NCBI GenBank assembly: GCA_963816145.1
Contig: CAWFJP010000023.1
Location: 11,290 to 75,289, forward strand
DNA length: 64,000 nucleotides
Source: an uncultured delta proteobacterium
GTDB lineage: Bacteria > Desulfobacterota > Binatia > UBA9968
Direction: 5' to 3'
Shown piece by piece: positions 30,301 through 39,054 of this stretch (positions are counted from its first letter, which is position 1; the number at the start of each line of letters is the position of its first letter). Both the position numbers and the translations under genes were made by a program. The notes beneath the pieces were generated by a model. The model was not told the DNA's origin. It worked only from the letters and a program-made list of their open reading frames with translations, and did no database searches.

Positions 30301-30476
30301 AAACACACCGCGACTAGCAGCAACCGATGCGAAAAATGAAATAGGGGTGAGATTCTAGTTTTTTGCGGACGTGCCCGCCGCGCAGGCAGTCCCAAACTTG
30401 AGGTAGGGGCAAATTCCATTGCGAAACTCTTAGCCGGGTCGACGCCCGGCAATATACCGAGTGGTGCGCGCAACAA
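27354..30476 (-). CDS. Membrane-anchored sigma-54-dependent transcriptional activator (periplasmic PBP-like sensor, TM, 2 PAS, AAA+, HTH)
   Basis: 1040 aa. N-terminal signal anchor, ~330-aa periplasmic domain, TM helix ([21 protein letters not shown]) and two PAS/PAC units (DITERK, DVTARK). The sigma-54 interaction domain has Walker [15 protein letters not shown] and [11 protein letters not shown]-terminal Fis-type HTH. The true start may be the internal ATG at 30419. Confidence 0.9.
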   Translation of the reverse strand: MLRAPLGILPGVDPAKSFAMEFAPTSSLGLPARRARPQKTRISPLFHFSHRLLLVAVCLLILGLPARAQDAKNIPAVKEGKATDKPQVRRVLILHSFGRNFAPFTAVSTTFRAELARQSAAPIDFLEASLESTMFAEAGSETPLVNYLRALFTKRPPDLIVPIGAPAMFFLQRHGDILLPKVPMLVVAADNRRVGELNRSNATAFGISLDLAGIVEHILRILPKTRNIEVVTGNSPFEKYWQAEFRRDTQHLTKRVQFNWLNELSFEELDRRLSRLPPDSAIVYFLLVVDAAGVPYEQERALDVLRQHSNAPIFGIFDHQLGGGIVGGPLSPYQEVSRQSAQIALRILNGTSASSIKPVFLKPAAPEYDWRELKRWGIDESRLPQGRVIRFRSPSIWEQYHWYIIAVLATILVQAAMISGLLLQRRRRRRAETQLRESQEFLELSTEAGELGLWVRDLARGEVWANPRLRTWFGLAANDALRFEDLLGAVHPDDRARVAAEVARMQQAGSSYEGEFRVVGPDGSERWVLTRGRASNESSGAAGRRMGVVLDITERKQAEERSRQILEAAPNGMILVDRAGIISSVNAAAEALFGYSRGQLIGQPIEMLIPERFRVNHLRDRQNYVADPQLRPMGANGEIFGRRKDGSEVPLEIGLSPLRTPRGLFVLASISDVTARKQAEHDLNAAFDEIRGLKERLEEENLYLKEEISEVKGFEEIVGKSDALKYVLTRVEQVAKTDATVLLQGETGVGKELIARAIHDRSSRFDRPYIKVNCATLPEALVESELFGHEKGAFTGAERQRKGRFELADGGTILLDEVGELPAGTQAKLLRVLQEGEFERVGGSSTIKVKVRVIAATNRKLHDEVSAGRFRQDLYYRLNVYPITIPPLSQRREDIPLLVSHYARQLGERLGKTISEVPAQVMRAFTEYNWPGNIRELQNVIERAVIVSSDGVLRLPEPLLQATNTALSEVKHSYESTSVSSLNEAERDHILRALEATGWRINGPNGSAAMLKLHPSTLRFRMKKLGLTKISGYTPGQTQK

Positions 30477-30604
30477 TAACCGTTACCACGGCCGCGCTTC
30501 CCGATCGCCAGCTAGACTTGGCTGGCAGCACGATCGCGTTAGGGAACTAACCGTATCGAGTGCGATCAGGCTCACTAAATCTATCGAAGAGTTAGAAAAG
30601 GATA

Positions 30605-30624
30605 TATTGGACCTTAGTCCAATA
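30605..30624. promoter_or_regulatory. Candidate operator, TATTGGAC-CTTA-GTCCAATA (perfect arms)
   Basis: Lies 130-185 bp upstream of the sigma-54 activator gene. Confidence 0.5.
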
Positions 30625-30644
30625 GGCGGACGTGCCGCGATTAT

Positions 30645-30661
30645 CTCTGTTACCTCCTGTT
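30645..30661 (+). repeat. Family-A right-arm fragment
   Basis: ctctgttacctcctgtt only. Confidence 0.35.
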
Positions 30662-30796
30662 AAGAACCATCCCGTTGAGGATAGTGGGCCACCGTGCCGG
30701 CCCGAACCACAGTTGTTTGGTATGACGGATCAATTATGTTTTGGATCTCGGGGTCAAGACTCCATTATCTGTCCTTCGAAACGAGAACCCACAAGA

Positions 30797-30816
30797 TATT
30801 GGACCTTGATCCAATG
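30797..30816. promoter_or_regulatory. Candidate operator variant, TATTGGAC-CTTG-ATCCAATG
   Basis: Two arm mismatches. Lies 2 bp downstream of the REC gene stop. Confidence 0.35.
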
Positions 30817-30817
30817 G

Positions 30818-31258
30818 TTATCGCTTCGAATCGCCGGCGGTATGATTCACGATCGCCTGATGCACGTTTTCGAACATCAGCGGCTTTCTTAAGCACTGAT
30901 AAATTCCACGATGCTCCAGCTCTGCCGGCTCAGGCACCGACCGAAACCCCACCATTCCCAGGATCAAGGCTTTCGGCACAAAAGTTCTCGCGTGGCGCAG
31001 AAGCGATTTCCAGTGCGGCATATCGAGATCAGATAGAACCACCGCGAGATCCAAATTTTTGTCTATACAGGAAATCGCCGCCTCACGGTCAGCAGCCTGA
31101 AACACCCGATAGCCATCATGTTGTAGCAACTCCGCGAGACTGATACGCGCAAGCGGATACGATTCCACGACGAGAACTGCGGGCGGTAGAACTAGGGACG
31201 GATTCGCTGAGTACTCAATCATGTCAATAGTGCCAAAGTAATCGCCGCTTATTCCCAT
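30818..31258 (-). CDS. Stand-alone receiver (REC) domain protein, atypical acidic pocket
   Basis: 146 aa. VLVVESYPLARISLAELL...VVLSDLDMP...CLRKP matches a CheY-like fold, but the N-terminal DD pair is replaced by ES. Confidence 0.6.
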   Translation of the reverse strand: MGISGDYFGTIDMIEYSANPSLVLPPAVLVVESYPLARISLAELLQHDGYRVFQAADREAAISCIDKNLDLAVVLSDLDMPHWKSLLRHARTFVPKALILGMVGFRSVPEPAELEHRGIYQCLRKPLMFENVHQAIVNHTAGDSKR

Positions 31259-31609
31259 GAAGGAGAAAAACGGGGAGAGTTTGACGTTGTTCTATGAGCA
31301 CCGCAAATGCCAGACCAGGTCGCGAGCGTGCTGATTTTCGTTCTGGCACGCGATTGCGCTCCGAACCACCAGTCCGCAATATCTGCCAACCCCTTATATT
31401 CAACGGCGCTTATGCCAAGTACCGACAGCTGATTAAAGCGTGGCAAGCGCAACTGTTGGATTCTCGCCCAACCCGGAGAGACCGCAGGTATTTTGGCGGG
31501 CACACAGCGAGACGGATCGCGGATCGTCAAACTTTGCGAGAGGACACGTGGAGAGTGGCCGCCTAATGAGTCTCAAGTCTTGGCTCGAACTCTTAGCTAA
31601 AACGGACAC

Positions 31610-32059
31610 GTGACGAATCTCGACCGCCAGAATTGTCAGTGCGGCGATGACTCAGGCGAAGACACGAAATCCTTGCCGAGACTGACGCTGCTCGCGCAAA
31701 GCCGCCAAGTTTCACCGGATGAACTGCCAGACGAGAAAGCGCGCAAAGCCGGACTCTCGCCGAAGTGCATACTGAAAGCCGATAAAGACAGCGGTCGGAT
31801 TGTCATCGATAGCGAAACGACGCTAACCGGCATCCCACCCGAAGCTTGGGATTACCGACTCGGCAACCGCTCAGCGCTCGAATGGATTCTCGACCAGTAC
31901 AAAGAAAAGAAACCGAAGGACCCGACGATCCGCGAAAAGTTCAACACCTACCGATTCGCCGACTACAAAGAAAAAGTAATCGATTTGTTAATGCGCGTAA
32001 CCACCGTGAGCGTCAAGACCGTTTCCGTGATCGACGCGATGAAACGCGCTTCTCGCTGA
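31610..32059 (+). pseudogene. 3'-terminal relic of a type ISP/IIG restriction-modification enzyme
   Basis: Only the last ~100 codons look native: IVIDSETTLTGIPPEAWDYRLGNRSALEWILDQYKEKKPKDPTIREKFNTYRFADYKEKVIDLLMRVTTVSV. I recall this as the conserved C-terminal tail of >1000-aa type ISP enzymes. No upstream methylase or helicase domains are present. Confidence 0.6.
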
Positions 32060-32254
32060 TTAGCAACTATACGTTCAAAGCATCTGGGATGTTCACTGCC
32101 TGACCTCTGTTTAGAGATAGAGCGGCGGACGGCCCTTGCCGGTGATCACGTCAGTCTGGCGGATGGCTATCATTTACGCCGAGGCCGCAACGAGAAATGG
32201 ATTGGCGGAAGTGCTTGAATGGAATTGGCTAACGATAACGAGGATCGAGTAATA

Positions 32255-32303
32255 AGAGTCGAGGGGGAATCGATCTCCCCCTCGACTCTCCACCCTCGTC
32301 ACT
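32255..32303 (+). repeat. Family-A outer-arm-only palindrome
   Basis: gagtcgagggggaatcgatctccccctcgactc, followed by caccctcgtcacttc. Confidence 0.5.
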
Positions 32304-32311
32304 TCTCCCGG

Positions 32312-32539
32312 TCAGACCAATAAACGTTTTTGCCGAAGACGTCCGCGATAGTGCCTGCCACTTCGCCTGCGCCATCGGCTTCCCAGAGCGGCGGCTCCTG
32401 TGCCCGCCGCGCCAACAGTGGCGATCATCAGGAAGAAGGGAACCACGAAGCACAACGTTACGGCTAACAAAACTATAACGAACAAATTATGAACCGTGGG
32501 GCCCATCAACGCAGTGATGGGGTGGAATATTGCAGTCAT
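32312..32539 (-). CDS. Small membrane protein downstream of the 562-aa secreted protein (C-terminus uncertain)
   Basis: 75 aa with two hydrophobic helices. The basic tail looks out of frame. The +1 frame gives a more protein-like ending, WEADGAGEVAGTIADVFGKNVYWSDREK. Confidence 0.35.
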   Translation of the reverse strand: MTAIFHPITALMGPTVHNLFVIVLLAVTLCFVVPFFLMIATVGAAGTGAAALGSRWRRRSGRHYRGRLRQKRLLV

Positions 32540-32546
32540 GGCATCA

Positions 32547-34235
32547 CTATCTTAGCGTGATCTTCATGCCGGCAGGTCCGACGCTCAATTGCGTGCCGGA
32601 CTCCTGGCCTTCGTTTTTCAGGATCACGATGGTCACGCCCCGTTCATTTTTCATCGACATGGCGCTGGCTCCTCCGGCGATGGCAAAGGTCGCCTGGCTT
32701 GCCGCGTAGCTGCCGGTCAAATCCCCCGGGCTCCTCAGATCGTAAACTTTCCCAGCGCCGGTATAAGTCGAGACACCGATGTCCGCCAGGCTCATGCCCG
32801 AAATCGAGAACGGATAGCTCCTTCCCTGAAAGTTAAGCGTGCCCTCGCCCGAACTCCCGCCTACTCCCAAGGCCACGGTTCTCAGAGTCAGTGTGACCAG
32901 CCCCGACGGCAGTCTTTCGTCGGGCTTCTTGTAATCCGGATAGGTCTCCACCCAACTGAACAACTGTGCTTCGGCGCGATCATGAATCTGCCAGCCCCGG
33001 CTCTGGATTTCTTTTCGCGCCCGCGGGCTCAGCGTGCCGGTGAGCCAGATTTGTTTTTCCTTGACCCCCGGCAATGCGTTCACCAACTTATTCCCCGCCG
33101 TTATCATCTGCGCCATCGGTTCGGTCCAGGCCACATAGTCCGCCGGGAAATTGACCACCAACGCACCATTGGTGGCGCGGCTCACGGCGAATTGTCCGAG
33201 GGGGATGAAATTTGCCAAGGGCGCCACCGACTTGTTGTAACCGGCATACATTTGCGCTTGGCGCTGGCGGAAGAATGCGATCATCGGGTTCTGGGTCGCC
33301 AGCGACAACCGAATCAATGCGCCACGGTCCGCCACGCCGTTCATCTCGCCCAATGCATGAACCATAAGGGTCTGCTCGCGCGGCGAAAAAACCGTGTTGT
33401 TTATATACGTGTCAGCGATCTCGGGATGGACTCCCATGGCAAGGAGTTTTTCGGTATTCATCTTGCGCAGCGCCACCGGCGGGGTGGTTTGGAAGATCTG
33501 GTTCAACAGTTTGTTGGTGCCGATGACGGTCATGGCGACACCGGCGCCGCCCGGCACCGCCGCCATCGCTGCCGACCAGGTTAGTGATCCCGCATAGCCG
33601 GCCCATGAGATCTTGTTCAACATGTCCTGCAGCTTCTGGTTGTCCGAATAAACATCGACGTCGAACTGATAAGCGTACTCCCGTTTGGTCGTCGAGAATC
33701 CAATGGCGTCTTTGATGCGCGCATCCTCGGACGCGCTGCGGTCGGCGCCAAACAGGCTTTCGCCGACCCTGGAAAAGGCCGCGCCCAAACCCTGCACCGC
33801 GCCGCTCACGGTCTTCACTGGGCTGGTGATCAGACTGAGAGCGCTGGTCATGGCGTCGAGCCCGCCCTCTTTAATGGAATCGACGTATTCCTTGCTGCCC
33901 TGGACCTTCTCCATCACGACCATGGCGTTAATCTCGCCGATGCGCTTCCTCAACATGGCGGTGGAAATGGCCGTGAAGGTGCCGAACTTGGAATCGATCT
34001 GGTAGGTGTTTAAAAAGCCGTCGTTGGTAACTCGCTCCTGGACCCGATGATTCGGTCCGGACAAAAGCTCGGGTGGCAAAATCTTTGACGCGCTGAGCAC
34101 CGGCGCGGTCTCATAGGGCTGCTGGGCAAAAGCCGGTGTGACGGCTGCCAAAAGTAATCCCATCGCTACGGCGCTAATTAATCTCCATAACGGCTTGCGC
34201 AAGTTAAATCTCGGGTCGGTATTTTTGCTATTCAT
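32547..34235 (-). CDS. Large secreted protein of unknown function
   Basis: 562-aa ORF with signal peptide LLLAAVTPAFAQQ. No motif I recognise. The uninterrupted reading frame in GC-rich DNA supports coding. Confidence 0.7.
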   Translation of the reverse strand: MNSKNTDPRFNLRKPLWRLISAVAMGLLLAAVTPAFAQQPYETAPVLSASKILPPELLSGPNHRVQERVTNDGFLNTYQIDSKFGTFTAISTAMLRKRIGEINAMVVMEKVQGSKEYVDSIKEGGLDAMTSALSLITSPVKTVSGAVQGLGAAFSRVGESLFGADRSASEDARIKDAIGFSTTKREYAYQFDVDVYSDNQKLQDMLNKISWAGYAGSLTWSAAMAAVPGGAGVAMTVIGTNKLLNQIFQTTPPVALRKMNTEKLLAMGVHPEIADTYINNTVFSPREQTLMVHALGEMNGVADRGALIRLSLATQNPMIAFFRQRQAQMYAGYNKSVAPLANFIPLGQFAVSRATNGALVVNFPADYVAWTEPMAQMITAGNKLVNALPGVKEKQIWLTGTLSPRARKEIQSRGWQIHDRAEAQLFSWVETYPDYKKPDERLPSGLVTLTLRTVALGVGGSSGEGTLNFQGRSYPFSISGMSLADIGVSTYTGAGKVYDLRSPGDLTGSYAASQATFAIAGGASAMSMKNERGVTIVILKNEGQESGTQLSVGPAGMKITLR

Positions 34236-34495
34236 TCGTCTATCCCCCGTTTCATTTTACATTGAGTAATAGGTTTCAACCTGAATCCAATATGGCAACT
34301 TTTCAGCGTTACTATTTGTTCCTTTGACACTCGACCGGCACCACTTAGCCGCGGTGTTTGCAACACGACGCGTCCCGACCCGCAAATCTCCCTACAAGCA
34401 AGTTAGAATTGGCGGCAGCAGACGCGCGACAGAGCTAACGGATCTTCAACCCGATTGGTCAGACGATTTCATCGAAGAGAATTAGGGATGCGTTG

Positions 34496-34526
34496 TATTA
34501 GACCTTAGAGTGACCTCGGTCCATTA
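34496..34526. promoter_or_regulatory. Candidate operator variant with half-sites spread by ~10 extra bp
   Basis: TATTAGACCTTAG-agtgacctcg-GTCCATTA. Lies ~260 bp upstream of the 562-aa secreted protein gene. Confidence 0.25.
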
Positions 34527-34563
34527 CTTGTCGGCGCTTAAATCATTTTTTTGAAACTTAACG

Positions 34564-34790
34564 AGAGTCGAGAAAAAGAATGTCGAGTGATCTTCCCCCT
34601 CGACACCCGACTCTCTTCCCTCGACACTGAACACTGATTGCGCTCTTCCACCAACACGTCCCTCAACACTCGACACTTTTCCACAGGAGCAAACAGAGGC
34701 AACGAAGTTCGTCCCAAAAAATCCATCTCTGTTATCTCCGTTACCTCCTGTTAGTTTTTCCATCCCGTCGACACTCGACCCTCGACACTT
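34564..34790 (+). repeat. Family-A complete element
   Basis: gagagtcgag...tgtcgagtga; ccctcgacacccgac; hairpin cacaggagcaaacagaggcaacgaag (34682-34707) / ctctgttatctccgttacctcctgt (34727-34751); tail cgtcgacactcgaccctcgacactt. Confidence 0.85.
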
Positions 34791-34791
34791 T

Positions 34792-35241
34792 TTATTTCAT
34801 CCTCACGAAGTACACATCATAACGCTGCTGCTCGACCGCCTGAAAATAGATTCCCCGGAGTTGGTCGGGCTCCCAATCGTAGGTCAGCGTGTAAGTGCTG
34901 CCGGGGTAATTCGGCGCGCGCAGCTCGACGAAGACCTTCACTGTCGAGCCATCGCGTGACGCATCAGCTTTGGCGATGTTGATCGGCTTGGGGTTGAGAT
35001 AGACCGCGTCGATTTTGCCGTTGGCATCGACAGCCTTGATCTCCAAAATGTAACCGCCGTCGGGCCGGACCCAGCGGCCGTTCAGCGCGTCGAAATCATT
35101 GCCGCCTCCGCGCAAAAACGCAGCGGCGGCAGCGATCCCAACCAGCAGCACGAGCGTGATAGCGATAAAAAGTTTGCCTCGCCCGCCCGACTTGGCGCGA
35201 GGGTCGGGAATTCGCAATGTCTTGTGCTTAGTCTTGCTCAT
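34792..35241 (-). CDS. Membrane-anchored periplasmic protein, unknown function
   Basis: 149 aa. Basic N-terminus and TM anchor (LFIAITLVLLVGIAAAAAFL), then a beta-rich domain. Confidence 0.55.
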   Translation of the reverse strand: MSKTKHKTLRIPDPRAKSGGRGKLFIAITLVLLVGIAAAAAFLRGGGNDFDALNGRWVRPDGGYILEIKAVDANGKIDAVYLNPKPINIAKADASRDGSTVKVFVELRAPNYPGSTYTLTYDWEPDQLRGIYFQAVEQQRYDVYFVRMK

Positions 35242-35292
35242 CGGTCGTCATGCCCACAGTGAAGGCTTGAGTGAAAAAATCATAAACCCTTT

Positions 35293-35555
35293 CTCACCAC
35301 AGAGTGTTCATGAGCTTATGCTCGTCTACAGAGTATGAAATTGCCCGGTACCCCGCCACAGGTTCTTTCATTGATCCGTCATGCCGGCACAGGCCGGCAT
35401 CCAGGGGCGGGAAGGGATGGATACCGGCTTTCGCCGGTATGACGAAACCTTCGTGCCAAGTCGTGGCCCGGAGCCTACCTGCACATGTATTTTCGAAGGA
35501 GGCACAGAGCTCACAGAGTTCAGAATAATTTCCAATCGAAACCGCTTCACGCCGC
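35293..35555 (+). repeat. Family-B ~250-bp element, inverted relative to the 7960-8222 copy
   Basis: catgagcttatgctcgtctacagagtatgaaattgcc...cgtcatgccggcacaggccggcatcca...gggatggataccggctttcgccggtatgac. Confidence 0.8.
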
Positions 35556-35791
35556 ACCCCCGCGGTGATTCGTCGGGAAACCTGATAGCCGGCGATCCTA
35601 TAGAGGCGGGCGACTCATCCTGGATCGCCCGCCTTACAGGTCAGCAAAACGCCATCGGCTGCTTACTTGGCCGATTGATACTTGTGATTACCTTAATTTG
35701 AGATTGATCCCTCATGGGCTCGCCGTGAGCTGCGTCCGTGACTCTTGCGATACCAGCGAGATGACCACGCCTTTGGCGTTGGTCATGGTTA

Positions 35792-36076
35792 AATCTCCGT
35801 TAACTCCGTTCCCTCTTGTAAAAACATTCGTTCCGTTAAACTCTTTTCATTGAACAGGAGGAAACAGAGAAACCGGAGTTTTTTAAATCCGTCTCTGTAA
35901 TCTCCCTTCGCTCCTGTTCAAGTCTCTTCTCTGCGCGTTATCTGACGCTCGTCACTTCTTTACACGAGACAACAGAGGAAACCGAGGTTTGTGAAAAAAT
36001 TCTCCGTTCACTCTGTTTGCTCCTGTTAAAGTCCCCATCCTTTGTCACTCGACACTCGACACTCGTCCCTCGACCC
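35792..36076 (+). repeat. Family-A: three tandem units (one right arm plus two hairpins)
   Basis: Hairpins at 35853-35918 and 35962-36027. Tail gtcactcgacactcgacactcgtccctcgaccc abuts the porin stop codon. Confidence 0.8.
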
Positions 36077-36079
36077 TTC

Positions 36080-37459
36080 TTAGAACACCATCTGCATGCG
36101 CAGACCGAGGATCGTTGCCGTGCCGATGCTTTTCCGGCTCGATATAAAGGGGATTCCGATGGGGCCGGGAGCGGTGCCGATGGTGATTTTCTCTTTCTGT
36201 GCCCCTCGGACAACTTGGATGTCCGGTGTCAATTGTAGCCACGGCGTTATTGCGAAATTGTAAAATGCCTCAAATCCGTACTCATCACGCAACAATTTAG
36301 TGTTCTGAAACGGACGGCGGAGGTCAGGATTGTTGACATCCATGTAATAGAAACCGAAGCCGTAGCGATCGTCTGCGCGAGTAGGAATAACACCTTTACC
36401 ACCGATCCCCAGGCTGTAGAAAAAGTGCATGAAGTTAGGATTGCCATCCGACGCGCCGAAGCGACCGAAGACACCGATTCCTTCACCGGAGCCTTTTTTC
36501 GGCTCATAAAAATACTGGTCGAAGTTGTAATGGATGTTCCAAGAACCTTTCTTCCCCTCGAAGGCTCCGTTCTCGAACATGAAGCGCGCGTTCTGATCGA
36601 TCGAAGTGAATGTCCGGTTGGAAAAAAGCGCCCCGAAAAGCTGGTGCCCGGTAAGCCCAAAAAAATCGGTCCTCAAACGCCCCTCGCCGATAAACGTCAA
36701 GTTGTTGCCGTCAAGATCTTCGAAGCCGCTGGTGCTGGCTTTTCCGGTGGCTGAAAGAACCATAAAACTCACGATCGCTTGAGTTGGATCTTTCGTTGGC
36801 AACGCGATGAATCCGGTGCCCAACGTCGAATAGGGCACCGTCGTCAGCAACACCGGATTGATATTAAACGCGAGGTTCATGAATTGGGTATCGCCCTTGC
36901 CGTGGGCAAACTCATTCATGTCGCCGCTATTGCTCGTGATCGTAGCGTACTTGCCGATCGTCAAGCCGAAATAAGGGGAAAGAAATTGGCTGAAGTTTAA
37001 CGCCGGCAGGTTAAAGTTGTCACCGGCGGGGGTGGGATAAAACTGGCTGCTGTTGACCGGCATGAGCGCGCCGGACCTGCCGTTGATCGATTTGAGCAAA
37101 CTATCGGCCGGTATGAAATTGCCCTCGGCTTCGACGGTGAGAAATCCGCCGGGCCACAAGCCAAGTTTTCCGGTGTCGAGCAGGAGATTGATGTCACCGC
37201 GCCCGCCGCCGTACTGCCAGCCGGTGTCCTTGCCGCCATGGACGATGCCTTGGGCGGCCTGGGTCAGGCTCATATCGAGGGTCACGCCCTTGGCGGCCAA
37301 CTCGTTGCGCAGGCCGAACCAGTCGCCGCTGAGCGTCGAGCGCGACCAGATATCCCCTGAGTACGGGGTTGGTTCCGGCGCCTCGCCAGCGTGAAGTTGC
37401 GCGCCCAGCACAAAACTTAGCGCCAAGGCAAAGGCTACGACTATTCTCGCTAAAATCAT
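36080..37459 (-). CDS. Outer-membrane porin, OprB (carbohydrate-selective) family-like
   Basis: 459 aa with a signal peptide. The N-terminal motif SGDWFGLRNELAAKGVTLD is typical of OprB-type porins. Alternating beta-strand pattern and a C-terminal aromatic residue (RMQMVF). Confidence 0.65.
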   Translation of the reverse strand: MILARIVVAFALALSFVLGAQLHAGEAPEPTPYSGDIWSRSTLSGDWFGLRNELAAKGVTLDMSLTQAAQGIVHGGKDTGWQYGGGRGDINLLLDTGKLGLWPGGFLTVEAEGNFIPADSLLKSINGRSGALMPVNSSQFYPTPAGDNFNLPALNFSQFLSPYFGLTIGKYATITSNSGDMNEFAHGKGDTQFMNLAFNINPVLLTTVPYSTLGTGFIALPTKDPTQAIVSFMVLSATGKASTSGFEDLDGNNLTFIGEGRLRTDFFGLTGHQLFGALFSNRTFTSIDQNARFMFENGAFEGKKGSWNIHYNFDQYFYEPKKGSGEGIGVFGRFGASDGNPNFMHFFYSLGIGGKGVIPTRADDRYGFGFYYMDVNNPDLRRPFQNTKLLRDEYGFEAFYNFAITPWLQLTPDIQVVRGAQKEKITIGTAPGPIGIPFISSRKSIGTATILGLRMQMVF

Positions 37460-37604
37460 CTCGTTTTCTCCAAACCTATTTTCATCTTTCAGTTCCGCCG
37501 CAGCGATTTTGTCTCCATGGCCATCGGTTTTTCGCCTTTGCCGTCAACCCGATTGCCGCCTTGCTCGCGAACGATGGCATCGCGACTTATCCGTGAATCT
37601 GATT

Positions 37605-38240
37605 TCACGGCCGATTCATCTCCTGGAACTGGCGCTGGTTTTGCGTCGCGATATCCTCAAGTTGTTCATAATTGAGCGCCAGCGTTTCGCAGTTCGAGAT
37701 CAGCGTCGGCCAATCAACGTTGGCGCTCGCAACCAGCGCCAGATTAGTCGCCAGCGACTTTCGCACACTGCCGTCCTGATCCCAAAACGAGCCGAACGAG
37801 TTCGAGAAAGTATTGATGATATAATTGACGAATGACTGCATGCCTTTGAGCCCGCTTTCGATATTTACCTGGCCCGCTTTCCGGTCGCCTTGCTTTGCCT
37901 GGGTAAGTCCGAGGTATAAGCGCGCGAGATTATCCCCTTTATGCTGCGCCAGGGCTTGCTGCAGCGTCGCCTGGGCTGCGGGAAGCTGGCCGGTAAGGTA
38001 TTGAGCTCTGCCGAGATAACTCAAAACCCCTTCGCGGAGCTCAGTGCCATAGATATAGTTCGGGCTGATTTGCGCAGCGCTCTCAAAGTCGCCCAACGCG
38101 GCTTGAGTATTACCCATAAACAGCGCTTGCCTGCCGCGGGTGATATCGCTGCCACCTTGAAAACTCGCACCGCAACCCGACAGTAGGGCAACCAATAAGA
38201 CTATCGACAGATGACCCAGAACACTCATTGTTCGCTTCAT
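37605..38240 (-). CDS. TPR-containing lipoprotein
   Basis: 211 aa with lipobox ALLSGCGA. TPR-like helices (ALGDFESAAQISPNY..., YLGRAQYLTGQLPAAQATLQQAL). Confidence 0.65.
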   Translation of the reverse strand: MKRTMSVLGHLSIVLLVALLSGCGASFQGGSDITRGRQALFMGNTQAALGDFESAAQISPNYIYGTELREGVLSYLGRAQYLTGQLPAAQATLQQALAQHKGDNLARLYLGLTQAKQGDRKAGQVNIESGLKGMQSFVNYIINTFSNSFGSFWDQDGSVRKSLATNLALVASANVDWPTLISNCETLALNYEQLEDIATQNQRQFQEMNRP

Positions 38241-38499
38241 GACTTCACCTCTTCTCCAGGTTTTGTTTCCAGGTATCGGTTGTCCGAGGCCAAAGCGCCC
38301 GCACCGGGCGCATTCTGCCTCCGGCTACTGAAGCCTGGAAACCGTCAATATTTGTTATCCCTCACCTCGCCGTCATTTCGGACACAGGAACTGTATCTGA
38401 AAGCGCAAAAATCGTCAGCCGGCTCATGCTCAACTGCCTTGCCGAAACCTCGACCTTGTTTCGACTCAATTCCATATACCGAAAAATCGATTATTCCCC

Positions 38500-38519
38500 T
38501 ATTGGACTTTAGTCCAATA
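38500..38519. promoter_or_regulatory. Candidate operator, TATTGGAC-TTTA-GTCCAATA (perfect arms)
   Basis: Lies 260 bp upstream of the TPR-lipoprotein/porin gene pair. Confidence 0.5.
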
Positions 38520-38926
38520 CCCAGCGGCGCGGCAAAATGTCGTATCCGCATGCCGCCGTCGGTCGGGTGAATACTCTGCTCCGTAAGAAGTTTGACGGAC
38601 TTGGCAATGGGTATGGGTGCTACGCAGAAAGCTTCGGGGAATCGACCCGCAGGGATTGAACAACTCTCGGCTACCAGCCGATGGAGTTTGAAAGTATCGG
38701 CTTTAAGTCGAATTTCGCTTGATCGTCATGCCCGCGAAAGCCTTCATCCAGGTTCTCGCCTGACCATTCCGAAAGAGACCTCGACGCTCGGACGAGGTCG
38801 AGCACCGGGATCGCATTCTCAAACGAACCTTCTGGCCGTGTCACTTTTCTGCTGGAGGCAACCATGGAAACAGCGATTTTAAGAAAACTCTTCGTTATAT
38901 CCCACTACACCTGTGTGGCACCAAAT

Positions 38927-39047
38927 GTCGAGGGGCTAGTGACAAATGGAAAACCAGAGACACGAAAAACGGCGAACAAAATCTGGCATTTCCCCTCGAC
39001 ACACCAATCCCGACACCTTTTCCACTCCTCCCTCGACACTCTCTCGC
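38927..39047 (+). repeat. Family-A element, strongly degenerate
   Basis: gtcgaggggctagtgac...ggaaaaccagagacacgaaaaacgg...cccctcgacacaccaatcccgacacc...ccctcgacactctctcgc. Confidence 0.45.
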
Positions 39048-39054
39048 GCACCGA

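Noticed and set aside
31344-31358. TGGCACGCGATTGCG resembling a sigma-54 promoter on the plus strand. Also the weaker minus-strand CGGCAAGGCAGTTGA at 38430-38444 and plus-strand TGGCAGCACGATCGC near 30527-30542.
   Set aside because: At 31344 the GG-to-GC spacing is one nt too short and there is no downstream plus-strand gene. The other two have mismatches in the invariant -12 GC or point away from any gene.
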